Origin: an uncultured Gammaproteobacteria bacterium
GTDB lineage: Bacteria; Patescibacteriota; Microgenomatia; JAUYPR01
Direction: 5' to 3'
Assembly (NCBI GenBank): GCA_964372495.1
Contig: CAYJQU010000001.1
Location: 2,935 to 66,934 of the forward strand
Length of the DNA: 64,000 nucleotides
Positions within the stretch are counted from its first letter, which is position 1. Every line of letters begins with the position of its first letter. The position numbers and the translations under genes were made by a program. Positions 38,924 through 49,481 of the stretch are shown piece after piece. The notes under the pieces were generated by a model. It was not told the DNA's origin, ran no database searches, and saw only the letters and a program-made list of their open reading frames with translations.

Positions 38924-40394
38924 AAAGCTTTCCGCGATTGCGTTTCTTGTCATCCTGACATTTGGCGTACTGTGGCAGGGGATTGACAAGCCTTTTATCG
39001 GGCAACATGACTGGAACGGAGCGTTCTTTGGGGGAATTGTCAGAAACTATCTTCGGTATGGACTGCTTACCACGAAATTTGGACAGGTATCAGGTATAAA
39101 CTACAGTACCGACAACTCTTTTCGTTACCACACCAACCATCCGTCAGGGTTTCATCTACTACTTACGCTGTCTTCCTGGATTTTTGGGCTGTCTGAGAAG
39201 TCGCTGCGGGTAGTGCCGGTCATGTTTTCAGCACTTGCCGTCGTGTATTTGTATCTTATCAGCACCTACCTTTTTAATCGCCAGGTTGGTTTGCTTGCCA
39301 GCGTACTAATACTTGCTACCCCGATGCTTCGGTATTACGGGAAGCTGCCTGTCTATGAGCCAGTGGTGTTGGCTATTATCCTGATGGGCTTATATCACGG
39401 ACTTTTATGGGTAGACAAGAGGAGGAGGCGTGACGGCGTGCTCACTGCGTTCGCTATCATCTTCTCAGGAGTGGTTGACTGGACAGGATTCTACTTCTGG
39501 CCGCTCTTTTTCCTCTGGAGCTTTATTGTAAACAGAAAAGTACCTGGGGCTATTGTATTTTGGCTGGTGTGGCTTGCAACACTCGTCCTACTTTTTGGGC
39601 ACATTTGGCTGTTAGCTGGAAGTCCCTTTGGAGGCGGCATCAGTCGGGCATTTTGGGGACGTATTGGCGTTGGGGTAGCTACTGGTGTGGCTCCATTCGC
39701 ATGGGGAGAGTTCATTGTTCAGGAAGCTCGTTGGGTAGTTGTGTATTACACACGAACTGTAGTTACGTTATCTGCAGTGTGGTGTCTATACGGCGCATGG
39801 AGATGGTTGAGGGGCAACACCTCCTTAGGTACAAAGGTTTTATTGCTTCTTGCTCCATTGGGAATTATACACAATGTGATATTTCATCAAGCAGCATGGA
39901 TCCATGACTATTTGCTCTATTACCTTATGCCGTTCCTTACGCTGAGTGCCGCTTCTGTTGTATGGCTTGCTGTAAAACGGTCGACACCGTTCATGCTTAT
40001 TGGACTGTTACTGGTGGGAACAGTTTGGTTTGAGCGAGCTCCCTTTGTAGACGCTCTTACCAGGTCGAATATGAGCCAGCCTGGATACGAATTAGGGACG
40101 TGGTTGGGAAGCACGAGTGAGCCCGGTACTCGGTTTGTGGTAGCTTCCAGCGAATTTGGTGGCTTTTTTGGCACCTTCGCGAGCTTTTATGCTGATCGGC
40201 CACTCCTGTTTTTAAAACCATCAGTTGGCGAGTGGTCAGATATTCTTGCCACGTTTAAGCCTCGTTATTTGATAGAAGTGAAGACGCACAATGAGATAGA
40301 TGAGTCATTTAGACAGAGGTATCTACGGGAAGAGCCCGTTGCGACTTCAGGCCCTTTTATTCAATATACCGTTACGTACCCAGGAAGTTCCTAG
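38913..40394 (+). CDS. Polytopic membrane protein, GT-C-like (divergent)
   Basis: 493 aa, many TM segments. No ATG nearby; TTG start inferred. The 3' end overlaps the convergent 40347(-) gene by 48 nt. Confidence 0.5.
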   Translation: MLAKKLSAIAFLVILTFGVLWQGIDKPFIGQHDWNGAFFGGIVRNYLRYGLLTTKFGQVSGINYSTDNSFRYHTNHPSGFHLLLTLSSWIFGLSEKSLRVVPVMFSALAVVYLYLISTYLFNRQVGLLASVLILATPMLRYYGKLPVYEPVVLAIILMGLYHGLLWVDKRRRRDGVLTAFAIIFSGVVDWTGFYFWPLFFLWSFIVNRKVPGAIVFWLVWLATLVLLFGHIWLLAGSPFGGGISRAFWGRIGVGVATGVAPFAWGEFIVQEARWVVVYYTRTVVTLSAVWCLYGAWRWLRGNTSLGTKVLLLLAPLGIIHNVIFHQAAWIHDYLLYYLMPFLTLSAASVVWLAVKRSTPFMLIGLLLVGTVWFERAPFVDALTRSNMSQPGYELGTWLGSTSEPGTRFVVASSEFGGFFGTFASFYADRPLLFLKPSVGEWSDILATFKPRYLIEVKTHNEIDESFRQRYLREEPVATSGPFIQYTVTYPGSS

Positions 40395-41933
40395 TATTGC
40401 AAGAGTTAAAAGGGCCAGACTGTTACCAAAACTGCGGATGGGAGTATTCTTGAGTGTAATTGTGAGATCCGACTTTCCAGAGGGGATAGAAAGACTCATG
40501 CGGCCCCCTAGTGATTCGTCAGGAACCAGTGTTTGTTGTTCTCCATTGACCCGGGCTGTCCATCCTGGCCAATAGAAGCGGTTGATGATAACTGTTGAGG
40601 ACTCAGTTGTCTCTACGGACGCCGTAATTGTATGACCTCTTTCGTCCCTGAATTGGACAGTACCGGCTGGGTTGTTGAGTAGTAGACTTGGAGCGATTGG
40701 GATGCGAAGCTTTTTCACCGTATCCCGATCGGCCCATCTTGGTAGAAATTCGCCGTCTGTGTCAGCTGTGAAAGGAATGATGCCGCTGATGCTCGATTTT
40801 TCCACTTGAAGAGCGTTGACACCGAGGTGATTACGGTTAGCTAAGATGAAAAGAGTGATCAGCGCAGCCGAGAAGAAGACTCGTCTTTTGTCGAGCAGTA
40901 GCCCTGTGAGTAGCGCAACGCCCAGCAGTGCGCTGTTAAGGAATCTCCACGGGTAGAGTACATTTGAGACAAGGGGTACTATTTTATAGAGCGGTATCGC
41001 GACAGGTTGGGTTAGAATGAGTGAACCAATGGTAGCTAAGAAGCCAAAGAGAAAAAGTCTATTTTTTCCTCTTGCGAAAAAAATACAGAGGGCAAATACT
41101 GTCCAATGAATAATCCCGAGCTGAAATGACATGGCACCACCACCCCACGGAGAGTACAAAATTGATTGCCATGGCGGAAAGTTTGCAAGATAAGCGGACT
41201 TAAGGAGTCCTGAGATGTGGGATGTTGAAGATTCTATCACCGCAGGAACCCAGAAGAAAGCTGAAAGGCCCAATCCAATAAATACTTCATGCAGCAGTGC
41301 AACGAAAGGAATTGGTCTCCTTGAGGCCATAAATACGTAGAAAAAGAAGATCGTAGTTCCTATAAGAGCTAATACATTGTGTGAAAGTATGAGTAGAGCC
41401 AGAGGTATACCTACAATGCCTCGTCTATGGGGGTAGCGATGAAGGAGGTGGTAAGCATATAGAAGGAGTGGTAGAAATAAAGTTGCCACCACTTCTCCCA
41501 CGGCTCCGCGGTGATAGAGATTCAAGAGTTTATAGGGAGCCCATACCCATGCGACAGCGCCGACTGTTGCCGCAATAGCTCCCAAGAAACTTCTAAGCCA
41601 CAGGTAAGCGGCGAGACCGGATAGGAGGGTAGCGGCCGCTAGGACAATTTTGAGCGAAACAACTGCCGACAATCCGGAAGCGTAGAGTGGGGTTGTCAAT
41701 ATATACGGGAGAGGGAAGTTAAACGATAGAACAGGAGATCCGAGGCCAGAAGCTAGGTTTCCTGCCCAGCGAGGCGGGAACTGTCCTTCCCAAAAAGCTT
41801 GCTTGTAGGCAGCGACTCTCTGGAGGTGCGCAACGCCGTCCTGGCTTTCGTAGAAGTGCGGCCCAACAAGCGGAGCAAGAAGGGGAGTGAGCACAAGAGA
41901 AAATATGGCTAGTGTAATAAGAGTTCTGCTCAT
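40347..41933 (-). CDS. Divergent YfhO-like polytopic membrane protein
   Basis: N-terminal FYESQDGVAHLQRVAAYKQAF...PPRWAGNLASGLGSP and C-terminal RFYWPGWTARVNGEQQ. Paralog of the 26210 and 54844(-) genes. Confidence 0.6.
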   Translation of the reverse strand: MSRTLITLAIFSLVLTPLLAPLVGPHFYESQDGVAHLQRVAAYKQAFWEGQFPPRWAGNLASGLGSPVLSFNFPLPYILTTPLYASGLSAVVSLKIVLAAATLLSGLAAYLWLRSFLGAIAATVGAVAWVWAPYKLLNLYHRGAVGEVVATLFLPLLLYAYHLLHRYPHRRGIVGIPLALLILSHNVLALIGTTIFFFYVFMASRRPIPFVALLHEVFIGLGLSAFFWVPAVIESSTSHISGLLKSAYLANFPPWQSILYSPWGGGAMSFQLGIIHWTVFALCIFFARGKNRLFLFGFLATIGSLILTQPVAIPLYKIVPLVSNVLYPWRFLNSALLGVALLTGLLLDKRRVFFSAALITLFILANRNHLGVNALQVEKSSISGIIPFTADTDGEFLPRWADRDTVKKLRIPIAPSLLLNNPAGTVQFRDERGHTITASVETTESSTVIINRFYWPGWTARVNGEQQTLVPDESLGGRMSLSIPSGKSDLTITLKNTPIRSFGNSLALLTLAILGTSWVRNGILNKRA

Positions 41934-41947
41934 CCTTCTGGTACAAT

Positions 41948-43381
41948 ATGCCCAATTGTAACAGAGTAGTGAAAGCCTTAATTCTTCTACTGGTACTGGC
42001 TGCCACGATACGTTTTTGGGGTCTGGGCAATTTCGATATCAGTCCCGATGAGTATCACTTTATTCAGGACGCATATCGGTTATATACCCACGACCCCTAC
42101 ATGGACGCGCGTCACCATCCATTCCGCCACGGCCAGCCATTCGTAGGTCATCCGTATTTTGCGCAGTACTGGATGATCCTTTTTTTCAACGCTCTCGGAC
42201 CATCAGTTGCTTCGGGAAGGGCCGTTATGGTTGTGGCCAATCTGGTCGCACTCGTGGGAACGTATGTGCTTGGGAGCATGCTATTTTCGAGAAAAGTTGG
42301 CCTTACTGCCGCTGCACTACTAGTTTTGCTCCCTCACGATCTTCGCTACGCGCGTGATGCACACCTTGATCCTATGCTTGGCGCAACAGTGGTATGGTCG
42401 GCCATAGCCTTATGGAAGGTGTTGACGACAAAACAGCATCATTGGGCAGCCTGGCTCGGTGTCATTTCCGCGTTTGTCTGGGCAACTAAGATAAATGGCC
42501 TCTTTCTCTTTGTCTTTTTTGCTCTAGCTGTCCTCCTATGGAGGAAGGGAGTACCTTTGCTTGCATGGATTCGCCAGCACGTTGCCTTATTGGCCACCGC
42601 GGCAGGTTTTTTTGTTGTTACCCTTGGGATCCTGGTATCGCCCGGAGCGTACGTGGACGCGCTCCTGAATCCAGCAGATCCTGAAATTGCGGGATTTTCC
42701 AAGGTCGTTATGCCATTTTTTACCTCTGGTCCACAGATGGTAAAGCATCTGATATCGACATTGTATAGCTATCCGTTCGCGCTTCTTATAGTGTTGGGGC
42801 TTGGGCGTTTACTGCTGAGGCGTGGTAAAGCCGATTTGTTTCTCCTGAGCATTCTTATTGCGTATGGGCATATTTTCATAACCCATGTTGGGCATAGTGG
42901 GGAGTATGGATATATCACCCTGAATCCCTATTTTGGGATCCTGGCAGCGTCAGTAGTCACCGGGCTGCCAAGGCGGCTTGCTTTTCCTGTAGCTGCTGTC
43001 GTTGTCCTACTCTACTTTCCTATAACCATTGTTCACGGGATGCGACTTGACGTTGGTGGTTTTAGCCAGTTTTCTCAGTTTAACGACTCAAACTTTCGGT
43101 ATGGCCAAACAGTATATAGAGATGCCATACAGGCAATTAATGAGCTGGGTGGCACTCCCACCGTGCTTTGGGTTCGGAAGGGAGACCGGCATGCTCCCTT
43201 GATGGAGATTCGCGGAGGGGTGCGCTTTTGGCCGCTCATACCACTTGCCGAGGCGGATACCGTTTTGACTGCTCATCCAGAGAAAGTTGCTGAACTGACA
43301 AGTACTCACGCGTTTCATGTCTACAGGCAGTTTCAATTCAAAGACGACCTGGTGTGGTTGCTGCGTAAAAATGAACAGTAA
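41948..43381 (+). CDS. PMT_2/ArnT-like GT-C membrane glycosyltransferase (divergent)
   Basis: 477 aa. TM, then FDISPDEYHFIQDAYRLY (DE loop). Polytopic. Divergent from the 40347(-) gene across a 14-nt gap. Confidence 0.6.
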   Translation: MPNCNRVVKALILLLVLAATIRFWGLGNFDISPDEYHFIQDAYRLYTHDPYMDARHHPFRHGQPFVGHPYFAQYWMILFFNALGPSVASGRAVMVVANLVALVGTYVLGSMLFSRKVGLTAAALLVLLPHDLRYARDAHLDPMLGATVVWSAIALWKVLTTKQHHWAAWLGVISAFVWATKINGLFLFVFFALAVLLWRKGVPLLAWIRQHVALLATAAGFFVVTLGILVSPGAYVDALLNPADPEIAGFSKVVMPFFTSGPQMVKHLISTLYSYPFALLIVLGLGRLLLRRGKADLFLLSILIAYGHIFITHVGHSGEYGYITLNPYFGILAASVVTGLPRRLAFPVAAVVVLLYFPITIVHGMRLDVGGFSQFSQFNDSNFRYGQTVYRDAIQAINELGGTPTVLWVRKGDRHAPLMEIRGGVRFWPLIPLAEADTVLTAHPEKVAELTSTHAFHVYRQFQFKDDLVWLLRKNEQ

Positions 43382-44510
43382 GTCTACACACATCTTAGTA
43401 CTGATAGATTCATGGTTTCCATATATCGGGGGTGGGCCGGTGCATGTGTGGGAGCTTGCACGTGAGCTCGTGCATAACTACTCGTACACAGTGACAGTAG
43501 TAACTCGAAAGCTGCCGGGTGACACATGCTCACGAATGGCCCCGTCTCAATTTGGTGGCAAGCTATTGGTGCATGCTGTGGGGCCGGTGCTACCGTGGGA
43601 ACATGTAGTAGGAAGACTATGGTACGTGGTGAGCGCGTTTTTTATTGGATTGCAAACGAAGGCTGATGTAATCCATGCGCACGCTTTCTCGCCATGTTGG
43701 GTTGCCAAGGTCTTAGGTAGAATCAAGGGGTGCCCAGTTGTGGTGACGGTGCATGGTACTCGTTTACTAAGCGATGCAGCTATGGGGCATGGCATGCTGG
43801 ATGGATGCTATAGGTATCTTGAGGAACGAATACTACTCCATACTCGGTACTCCCGAGTTATAAGTGTTGATGAGCAGCTCTTGCGGCTACCATCTGTCAA
43901 TAGGCCGCTGACGGTTATTCCCAATGGGACCCATATTCCTAAAGAGCGGAGAAAGAAACGGGTGCGTGCGGAAATACAACTACTCTTTGTCGGCAGATTG
44001 GTAGCGCAGAAGAATATCGCAAGTCTTATTACGGCGATCAGTGATGTCATAGAGGCGTTCCCACTGGTGCGGGTCGTTATAGTTGGAGATGGACCAGAGA
44101 GGACCTTTCTTGAAGATATGATTAAACAGAAGCGGCTTTCCGCACATATTCGATTTGCTGGAAAGGTTCCTGAAGAAAAAGTGGAGCAGTACTATAGAGA
44201 TGCAGATGCGTTTGTCCTTCCTTCATTGTATGAAGGACACTCGCTTGCGCTCCTTGCGGCGTGTGTATATGAACTGCCGGTTATTGCCACGGATGTAGGC
44301 GCCAACAGACATATGGTGAAGGATGGCGTGAACGGATATCTTGTCCCTCCCGGAGACACCAAGAAGCTATGCGATGCAATACTCAAACTGTGTGCGAGCA
44401 GGGAGAAACACCAGATGGGAAGTACGTCACGAGCTATGATTGCACGGTATAGCTGGGCCAACACTGCTCGTCAGACCCACCGTGTGTATCAGGAGCTACT
44501 TGACCAATGA
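43371..44510 (+). CDS. Glycosyltransferase family 4 (GT-B)
   Basis: MNSKSTHILVLIDSWFPYIGGGPVHV... and C-terminal LPSLYEGHSLALLAACVYELPVIATD. The ATG overlaps the upstream stop by 11 nt. Confidence 0.8.
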   Translation: MNSKSTHILVLIDSWFPYIGGGPVHVWELARELVHNYSYTVTVVTRKLPGDTCSRMAPSQFGGKLLVHAVGPVLPWEHVVGRLWYVVSAFFIGLQTKADVIHAHAFSPCWVAKVLGRIKGCPVVVTVHGTRLLSDAAMGHGMLDGCYRYLEERILLHTRYSRVISVDEQLLRLPSVNRPLTVIPNGTHIPKERRKKRVRAEIQLLFVGRLVAQKNIASLITAISDVIEAFPLVRVVIVGDGPERTFLEDMIKQKRLSAHIRFAGKVPEEKVEQYYRDADAFVLPSLYEGHSLALLAACVYELPVIATDVGANRHMVKDGVNGYLVPPGDTKKLCDAILKLCASREKHQMGSTSRAMIARYSWANTARQTHRVYQELLDQ

Positions 44511-45304
44511 AACCACTGGTGAGTGTCGTCATGAGCGTCTACAATGGTGAAGCTTTTGTGGCAGAAGCGGTTAAAAGTATATTGCGCCAGTCCTTTGAGA
44601 ATTTTGAATTTATCATTGGAAACGACGGGTCTACAGATAAGACAGCAAATATCCTCCGCTCGTTTTCTGATAAGCGGATTAAACTGACACATTTCCGCAA
44701 ACGCCTAACACTGACGTTAGCTCTCAATAAGCTGTTAAAGAAGGCAACGGGATCATTAATAGCCCGAATGGATGCTGACGACAGAGCGCATCCGCAGCGC
44801 CTGGCGCAACAGACGTTATTTCTTCAGCGGCATGCAAAGTATGCCTTGGTGGGGAGCTGGTTTCGTCTTATCGATGCCGATGGCACGAAGATACGTACCA
44901 TGAAGATGCCAGTTACTGATGGCGAGATTCGGCGGGTTGTGATGCGGTATAACCCCGTGTGTCACCCGAGCATGATGTTCCGAAAGAGTCTAATTGATAC
45001 GATTGGAGTGTACGATCCTGATCTGAATGGGGCCGAGGATTACGACTTGGTATTGCGCGCTTTAACCGTCACGAAAGTGGCAAATATCCCAAGGTACTTG
45101 CTTGAGTATCGGATAGTAGATACCTCAGTGTCGCTTGCACATATGGACCGCGTCTTGCATCAGTCACAGCGTGCTCGTGTTAAGGCATTACGGCAATATA
45201 ATTATCCAAGACGACTCGCAATTCATCTGTTTATTCCCAGTATCACTGCTTTAGTGCCTTCAATGTTAAAGGTAAAGCTGCTCAGATGGGCAGGATATGT
45301 ATGA
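44507..45304 (+). CDS. Glycosyltransferase family 2
   Basis: VSVVMSVYNGEAFV...IIGNDGSTDKT...RMDADD...GAEDYDL. ATGA overlap. Confidence 0.8.
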   Translation: MKPLVSVVMSVYNGEAFVAEAVKSILRQSFENFEFIIGNDGSTDKTANILRSFSDKRIKLTHFRKRLTLTLALNKLLKKATGSLIARMDADDRAHPQRLAQQTLFLQRHAKYALVGSWFRLIDADGTKIRTMKMPVTDGEIRRVVMRYNPVCHPSMMFRKSLIDTIGVYDPDLNGAEDYDLVLRALTVTKVANIPRYLLEYRIVDTSVSLAHMDRVLHQSQRARVKALRQYNYPRRLAIHLFIPSITALVPSMLKVKLLRWAGYV

Positions 45305-46410
45305 TCATTGCTTCACCGCAACTTGGATTAAATCCTAATGCTGCTCTTGGGGCTGAGCGGATAGACGCAGAAATTATAAAGGGACTTGCTGAGAAAGGGC
45401 ATAGCATTCATGTTCTTCTTCCTAAGAATAAGACTCATGTTGGGCACTCAAACATTCATCCTACGTATACACCGATATCTGCTATCGCTCCACCATACAT
45501 ATTCAATCTTTTTGTCATAATCTACCTTCACCGGTTGTATAAACAGGTTCGATTTGGGCTTATTCGGTGCCATAATCCGTACTTCGTTGGTATTGCTTCA
45601 CTGCTGTTTAAAATGGTACACCCCGAAGTATTGGTTGTGACGGTGTACTACCATCAAGAAACCAGTTGGTTGCAGCAGTTGTTGGATCCGATTTTATTGC
45701 CTCGCTTTGATAGGATTGTAGTAATAAGCAATACTACCAGGCGTTTTCTCCTGGAGAAATATAGGTTGCCTGATGAAAAAGTATGTATGGTTAGCTGCGG
45801 CGTTGATCCATCGCTCGCCAAGCGTTCTCGATCTAAAACGCTTGTTGCTCGACATAACCTTCACGGGAAGAAGGTATTGCTGGTTTTTTCTCGACTTATT
45901 CCGCGCAAAAATCCGCTGTTTGCGCTCGATGTACTTGCTAAAATTCCCGATGACAATGTTGTTCTTGTGATTGCAGGAACAGGACCGTTGGGATTGTGGC
46001 TACGATTAAAATCTTATATCTTGGGCATCTCGCATAGAGTACAGTGGGTTGGGCGCGTACATCACCGGGATCGTTGCGCCTATTTTAATCTTGCCGATAT
46101 CTATCTGCTGCCCAGCAAGAATGAGGGATTTGGGATGATGCCGCTTGAGAGTCTTCTTTGTGAACGGGTACCCATCGTGAGCGACCAGGGATCTCTTCCT
46201 GAAATTATCCAAGACGGTGTAGACGGGTTCGTTTTACCACTTGATCCAAGTGTGTGGGCGGATACGATACGAAGCTTACTTTCAAATGAGAGAAAAAGAG
46301 TTTCTATGGGGAAAAAGGGTAGAGAGCGAGTTGAGAAAACGTATACATGGTCAAGGTCGGTACGTTTGACAGAAGTCTGTTTTCTTTCACTCCTTACAGC
46401 CGATGCGTAG
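45301..46410 (+). CDS. Glycosyltransferase family 4 (GT-B)
   Basis: C-terminal LLPSKNEGFGMMPLESLLCERVPIV. ATGA overlap. The ORF-track extension from 45286 was not used. Confidence 0.75.
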   Translation: MIIASPQLGLNPNAALGAERIDAEIIKGLAEKGHSIHVLLPKNKTHVGHSNIHPTYTPISAIAPPYIFNLFVIIYLHRLYKQVRFGLIRCHNPYFVGIASLLFKMVHPEVLVVTVYYHQETSWLQQLLDPILLPRFDRIVVISNTTRRFLLEKYRLPDEKVCMVSCGVDPSLAKRSRSKTLVARHNLHGKKVLLVFSRLIPRKNPLFALDVLAKIPDDNVVLVIAGTGPLGLWLRLKSYILGISHRVQWVGRVHHRDRCAYFNLADIYLLPSKNEGFGMMPLESLLCERVPIVSDQGSLPEIIQDGVDGFVLPLDPSVWADTIRSLLSNERKRVSMGKKGRERVEKTYTWSRSVRLTEVCFLSLLTADA

Positions 46411-47167
46411 TCTGATTACGAGAATGAAATACGCCACTCATGTCGGTAGCTCTTTGTCCATGCGCCTTGTTTACCTTACTGGGAAGTATCCATATCCAGT
46501 ACATCCGAAGCACTTGGTATCAAACCCATTGTGGTTTAAGAGAGTATTGAGAAAGAATGCGCGGGTGCTTGATTTGGGTTGTGGTAATGGGCAGATAACA
46601 CTCAAAAGTGCCCAGTATTGTCACTGGATTGTAGGGGTGGAAAGAAATCCAACAAATCTCGAGACGGCACATACAGAAGTGAGGAAACGGAGTATCCACA
46701 ACGTTTCCTTTGTCAGGGCTGACTTGGAGCAGCAACTACCGTTTCACGCACAATCGTTCGACGTAGTGCTTCTGCTTGACGTACTGGAGCATGTGGAAAA
46801 GGATGCTCAACTACTGAGGGGAATACATAGGATTTTGACAAAACGTGGAGTTGTGTGTGTGGCAGTACCGAATCGTGAGACACGCTGGAAGAGGGAACAA
46901 CGAAAAGCTGGTTTGTCCGGTTACTCCGACAAGGATCACAAGCGGGAATACACAGAAGAAGAAATTCGGGGTTGCATGGAAGCTTCTGGATTCCAAATTC
47001 AATCGATCGAACCGGTCACCTACGATACATGGGCTGCAGGACTGATTGATCTATTAGGGGGAATTTCTCTGTCTCTCTATGACAGATGTAGTGTATGGAA
47101 AAGACGTATGGTTATTCGATATCCGGGGGAGACGACAGGGTGGCGGATTATAGGGCAAAAATTATGA
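46403..47167 (+). CDS. Class I SAM-dependent methyltransferase
   Basis: VLDLGCGNGQ (motif I), FDVVLLLDVLEHV, GVVCVAVPN. Overlaps the upstream gene by 8 nt. Confidence 0.7.
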   Translation: MRSLITRMKYATHVGSSLSMRLVYLTGKYPYPVHPKHLVSNPLWFKRVLRKNARVLDLGCGNGQITLKSAQYCHWIVGVERNPTNLETAHTEVRKRSIHNVSFVRADLEQQLPFHAQSFDVVLLLDVLEHVEKDAQLLRGIHRILTKRGVVCVAVPNRETRWKREQRKAGLSGYSDKDHKREYTEEEIRGCMEASGFQIQSIEPVTYDTWAAGLIDLLGGISLSLYDRCSVWKRRMVIRYPGETTGWRIIGQKL

Positions 47168-48396
47168 AGGTTCTCCAGGTTCTTGATTATTACCGTCCGT
47201 ATGGCGGAGGGGGAGCTGAGTGGAGCGTGCTTGAGTTAAGTCGGGGTCTTCGTGAGTATGGTATTGAATGTACTACGATCGCTCCAGGATGGGGGGAGCC
47301 GTCGGAGGAGAGTGCGTATGGAATATTCAGTTCGTTTGCTGTACCAGTGCGGCCCAAGCCAAACAGCGTTCTATCTCCAATATGGCTCTCAAATCCTTTT
47401 TTCTGGGTGTGGTCGGGGCTATGGATTCTTTTGAAGATCATAGCCGAACGCCCCGATATAGTGCATGTTCATGGAAAATATATGATTCCAGGTTCTGTTA
47501 TCGCTGGTGCGGTGACTCGGGCGAAAATAGTAGTAACACTGCGGGACTATATTCCGTTATGCCCGTGGGGCGTATGTCTTTTTGGTGGCGGGAGTACTCA
47601 CAAGGGCATAGTAGATTTCCTCAGTGACGAGCTTCCACAGTATATGCGTCTTTATGGGCTCCAAGGGAGTTGGCGAAAGGTCGTAGTCCTCCTAGGGGGC
47701 TTATGGGGGTTTGTGTATGCTGCAATCTTAAGAGGCTGCTTATCAAGGGCAACTCAGGCCATCTATTTATCTGATCTACAGGCTGGTTTCTATCGCAAAA
47801 GTGGATACCCAAAAGGTGTGATTATTGGGAATCGCTGTACGGTGGATCGGTCCAAGATATATAGGGTTACGAATACAGTATTGTACGCTGGGAGACTGAG
47901 TTATGGAAAGGGCGTTGATAGATTACTTGCAGCGTGGAAAGCGATCGTCGAGAAAAAACCTGGATGGCAGTTAGTGTTGTGCGGAGACGGACCGCTCCGT
48001 GAGCTGGCTGAATTATATCGGCGTCAGCAAAATAGAATTATCATACAGGGGTATAATTCCCACGAGGAACTTTTGAGAATGTATAAAAAAGTCGCGTTTA
48101 CCGTTGTGCCATCGGTATGGCCGGAGCCGTTTGGGCGGGTAGTCATGGAGTCGGTTCTTTCTGGGACACCCGTCTTGGCAACTACCCATACTGGTACCGC
48201 AGGATTCGTACGCTCGTGCCGGGTGGGGTGGATTGTAGAGCCAGATGTTGATGCGCTTTCTAGGGGACTTTTCCTGGCAACTGCCAATGCGGCCTCAATA
48301 CGTAGAAGGATTGGAGCGCAACGCAGTCAACTCGCAACTCAATGGGATACTGCGGTTGTTGAGGAACACATGAGAATATACAGGAGCTTTTTATGA
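47164..48396 (+). CDS. Glycosyltransferase family 4 (GT-B)
   Basis: MKVLQVLDYYRPYGGGGAEW... and C-terminal VVPSVWPEPFGRVVMESVLSGTPVLAT. ATGA overlap. Confidence 0.8.
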   Translation: MKVLQVLDYYRPYGGGGAEWSVLELSRGLREYGIECTTIAPGWGEPSEESAYGIFSSFAVPVRPKPNSVLSPIWLSNPFFWVWSGLWILLKIIAERPDIVHVHGKYMIPGSVIAGAVTRAKIVVTLRDYIPLCPWGVCLFGGGSTHKGIVDFLSDELPQYMRLYGLQGSWRKVVVLLGGLWGFVYAAILRGCLSRATQAIYLSDLQAGFYRKSGYPKGVIIGNRCTVDRSKIYRVTNTVLYAGRLSYGKGVDRLLAAWKAIVEKKPGWQLVLCGDGPLRELAELYRRQQNRIIIQGYNSHEELLRMYKKVAFTVVPSVWPEPFGRVVMESVLSGTPVLATTHTGTAGFVRSCRVGWIVEPDVDALSRGLFLATANAASIRRRIGAQRSQLATQWDTAVVEEHMRIYRSFL

Positions 48397-49481
48397 GGCT
48401 GGGGATTGTTTTGGCACCGGGGGAAAGTCTTGCGGTGTTGCGTGAGTCAGGTCAGGATGAGCGGTTTCTGAAGTACTACATTCCCCAGTATGAACGGGCG
48501 TTTGAGCATATCAGCCTTTTTTCATACGCAGCTGAGTCCCATGTGATTTCAACAAAGACCAGCGTTGTGCCAAATCGACATTATCTGAACCGTTTCCTGT
48601 ACCTGGCGCTCATGCCTTTCCTGACGCCTCTTGGTACATGTGATGTGATACGAGTAACTCAGGCTACCAGCATCTTACCTGCTGTTCTTGCCAAGTGCCT
48701 CTTTGGCAGTAGGGTAGTGGTGACGTATGGCTATGATTACGTTGCTTTTGCCAAGGCCGAGGAGAAACAGCTTCTTGCGTTCCTACTTCCTTACTACTTG
48801 CACCTTTTGCGTTTTGCGGATGCGGTCATTGTTACAACTCAGGATCTCAAGATTACTATCAAGCCATTTGCGGGAAGTGCCAGAGTAGTACTTATTCCAA
48901 ATGGGGTTGATTTGGATTTCTTTACCCCCAGCAAGAAGCAAAAGGGGCCGCCGTGGAACGTACTGTATGTGGGTCGTATGGAGCCAACCAAAAATGTTGA
49001 TACACTTATACGTGCGGTTGCATCGACCGATTGCGCCTCTGAAATTCATCTGACGTGTGTGGGTTCTGGTAGCAAGCGCGCAAAGCTTTTGGGGTTGGCC
49101 AAACAACTTGGAGTTAAGGCAAGATTTACGGGAGCAGTGCCACACACCAAGCTACCGCTCCTGCTTAAGGAAGCACATGTGTTTGTGCTCATATCGAGCG
49201 CTGAAGGACATCCCAAAGCACTCATTGAGGCACTAGGGGCAGGGCTTCCGTGTCTTGTGTCAGAGGAAGCAGGACGTGCGGTGGGGATACGAGATGGAGA
49301 GGAAGGAGTCACCGTTGCGGTGGAAGTTCCGGAAGTTGCTCGTGCGTTGTATGCGTTACTCTCCATGCGCTCTTTGGGGGTAATGGGAAAAAAGGCCCGT
49401 GCTTTGGCTGCTACCCATTTCGACTTAAAAAAACTGTTAGGCAGAGAAACTGATCTGCTTATCTCTCTGTGCCTTCGATGA
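48393..49481 (+). CDS. Glycosyltransferase family 4 (GT-B)
   Basis: C-terminal FVLISSAEGHPKALIEALGAGLPCLVSE. ATGA overlap. Confidence 0.75.
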   Translation: MRLGIVLAPGESLAVLRESGQDERFLKYYIPQYERAFEHISLFSYAAESHVISTKTSVVPNRHYLNRFLYLALMPFLTPLGTCDVIRVTQATSILPAVLAKCLFGSRVVVTYGYDYVAFAKAEEKQLLAFLLPYYLHLLRFADAVIVTTQDLKITIKPFAGSARVVLIPNGVDLDFFTPSKKQKGPPWNVLYVGRMEPTKNVDTLIRAVASTDCASEIHLTCVGSGSKRAKLLGLAKQLGVKARFTGAVPHTKLPLLLKEAHVFVLISSAEGHPKALIEALGAGLPCLVSEEAGRAVGIRDGEEGVTVAVEVPEVARALYALLSMRSLGVMGKKARALAATHFDLKKLLGRETDLLISLCLR